Positions 62,118 to 64,000 of a DNA stretch of 64,000 nucleotides are shown here, in pieces; within the stretch, counting starts at the first letter, position 1, and each line of letters begins with the position of its first letter. The translations under genes and the position numbers were made by a program. Source of the stretch: Hemiscyllium ocellatum (Eukaryota); assembly GCF_020745735.1 (NCBI RefSeq), contig NC_083435.1:4565905-4629904 (forward strand), read 5' to 3'. A model generated the notes under the pieces. It saw only the letters and a program-made list of their open reading frames with translations, was not told the DNA's origin and searched no databases.

Positions 62118-62889
62118 CTCTCATGAAATGGGTTGCTTTCAGTACAACCATCCTAATTACGTCCACTCACAGCCCCCATTGTCAGCTATCAAGCTTGTCA
62201 TCTGCTCTATCCTCTTATCAACAATCCCTTTGCTGTCTACTATTTCCTTTCTCACTCTCTCTCTCTCTCTCTCTCTCTCTAAGCTCCCTCTCCAACTATC
62301 TGCTCACTCTTTTACTCTCACACCTCTGGCCCCATCATCAGCATAAACACCACCTTCTCTGAGCTGCTTCTAGTTCTGGACAAGAGTCACTGGCCCTGCC
62401 AGACCTGCTGAGTTTCTCCAGCCATTTCTGTTTTTTGTCAGAACTGTTTCCTCTCCCTGGGAAATGTCTGAGTCTGAATCAGGCGGTTTCCTCTGCTGGC
62501 AGCAAGTCCCTGGTTGAGCCTAAGCCGAGCTTCCAATGACATTCCCAAGGCAGAGTGCTTCCACCTTAAACACAATCACCAATCTCCATCTGCTGCTGAA
62601 ACCCTCAGGCAGGATGATATTAAATCGCCAGACCCGATTATCCCGAATCTTTCCAGGCTTCAGCTCTCCGTACTCGTACAGCTCATACAAACCGTTTTGG
62701 CCCATGTCCTAATCTGCATCAGATTTAGTTTTCCCATCCCCCCTGGTACTTGCTGAGTTCTAGTCCATTGACAGTTCCATTTCAAATTTCTTATCGAGGT
62801 CAAATCTCTTATCCCTCCATCAACTCAGTCACTGCCTCCAACTTTGGTCAACTTGTCCATCATGGTCAACACAAAGAGAGCAAATGGAT

Positions 62890-63140
62890 TGTCATGAGAC
62901 AAAAACAAATTCAAATTCAGCCAATCTGTTTAAATTATGCCCCAAGATACCAAAATCCAATCAAGTTTTAATTTAATATTTTGATAATATTAAAACCAAT
63001 GAAACGATCCAATGTTTTGGGATATAAAATCAGACATTTTTAACAATTGAGGGAGAACTGCCAAAAGCCCAACAGGTGTAGGCCGCTAGTTTCAGAGCTC
63101 TCTGAGAGGTACCTGTCTGGGGAAGATGTCTGCGCAGCAG
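62890..63140 (+). mobile_element. LTR fragment related to the gypsy LTR at 39484-40183, followed by a very short CR1 tail (about 63147-63180)
   Basis: Aligns by eye with reverse complement of 39830-40050 (ccaatc.gtttaaattat.cccaa.ata.c..ccaatg..ac.atccaatg..ggagaactgccaa). Confidence 0.65.
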
Positions 63141-63659
63141 AACATTGCCTGTACTGCGCTGTAATGTTCTATGTTCTATGAAACCTGATGGCTATTTAGT
63201 CTTTAATCAGTTTGAATGGAGATGCAGGTTTTGATTGATTAATATGTAAATCCCTGCCTCAAGACAACTTCAGGTTTTATCAGAATAAAGCTGATACCTA
63301 TGGTTAGACAATGCAGGTTAGGTATGAGGCCATGTTTCCAGTCTGTTTGTGTCTCATCCTGGAGCCAGACTGGCTTCATTTCCAAAGTAGGACTTTTTAA
63401 AATGCTTCCTTGATTGACTATCTACAGACTTTGTGCTTTTTGAACATAACAGAATGGGTGGAAACTCAGAGGAAAAGCTTGAAAATGGCTGGAATGACGT
63501 AAAAACAGTAAAGTTTGAAATGTTTGGAGATGTTTGAATAAATTATTTTCCAGTTTATTTTACCTTTGCAGCTCTCAATATCGACATTTATCACCACCAC
63601 AAACTGCACTTCACCAAATGATGCTGACCCACATTCCTGTGCTCAATGCACTCTGTCCC

Positions 63660-63913
63660 ACCCCCCACATACATCCCACACACCCATACACACCTCACCC
63701 AGCTCACACACACACACAGACTCACACACACAGACTCACATACACACACACACATGCACTCTCACATGGTCATTCACATACTCACATGCACGTGACACAC
63801 ACACAGTCCACAGAGACATACACGCCCACCACCACACTCATCCTACCTCTCCCCCAACACACACACATGCAAACCACATACACATATGTGCCCTACACCC
63901 TCCACACACTGCC

Positions 63914-63963
<50 letters not shown>
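63660..63963. repeat. (CA)n microsatellite and CA-rich low complexity
   Basis: Pure CA run 63920-63963 preceded by degenerate CA repeats. Confidence 0.95.
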
Positions 63964-63965
<2 letters not shown>

Positions 63966-64000
63966 ATTGTCTCTAATTCTCTGTTTTTCTCCCAGTCTCT

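Noticed and set aside
62520-62705. 61-aa minus-strand ORF (MGQNGLYELYEYGELKPG...) upstream of the TRIM coiled-coil exon
   Set aside because: No recognisable domain or clear splice sites; cannot be assigned without a database search.
37500-64000. SNORD48/SNORD52 host gene and NEU1 expected beyond the HSP70 cluster from human synteny
   Set aside because: No recognisable C/D snoRNA or NEU1 exon found by eye; an Infernal search would be needed.
1-64000. Prokaryote-type systems (CRISPR arrays, operons, defence islands)
   Set aside because: Sequence is vertebrate; no repeat-spacer arrays or bacterial-like genes seen.

Overview
Eukaryotic (elasmobranch, i.e. shark-type, judged from HE1-like and Deu-domain SINEs and shark-type CR1/Penelope repeats; species not determinable) repeat-rich genomic DNA. 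It holds a complete 5-exon LSM2 gene (minus strand, 833-9677, missed by the ORF track) followed by three intact, intronless, co-oriented cytosolic HSP70 genes (17920-19839, 26141-28051, 35537-37465) and a decayed TRIM/B30.2 gene (about 53730-61400). The LSM2-HSP70 adjacency is the arrangement of the mammalian MHC class III region. The HSP70 paralogues show patchwork gene conversion, divergent C-terminal lids and sharply different promoters (ACGTG/CRE-rich without a good HSE; a single HSE; a multi-HSE TATA promoter). Much of the rest is mobile DNA: many CR1 LINE fragments, one young CR1 with an intact 935+ codon ORF2 nested in a Gmr1-type (integrase-before-RT) gypsy element, a CR1 5' end with ORF1, a Tx1/L1 fragment, solo LTRs and SINEs. 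The two most unusual signals are (i) a family of about 200-bp fold-back (palindromic) Penelope-derived insertions with about 16-bp target duplications whose turning point falls on a minimal hammerhead ribozyme, and (ii) a conserved G_GGU_UUA_AAC_UAA tandem slippery site at the CR1 ORF1/ORF2 junction, with an AUG-less ORF2 in the -1 frame, suggesting programmed frameshifting.
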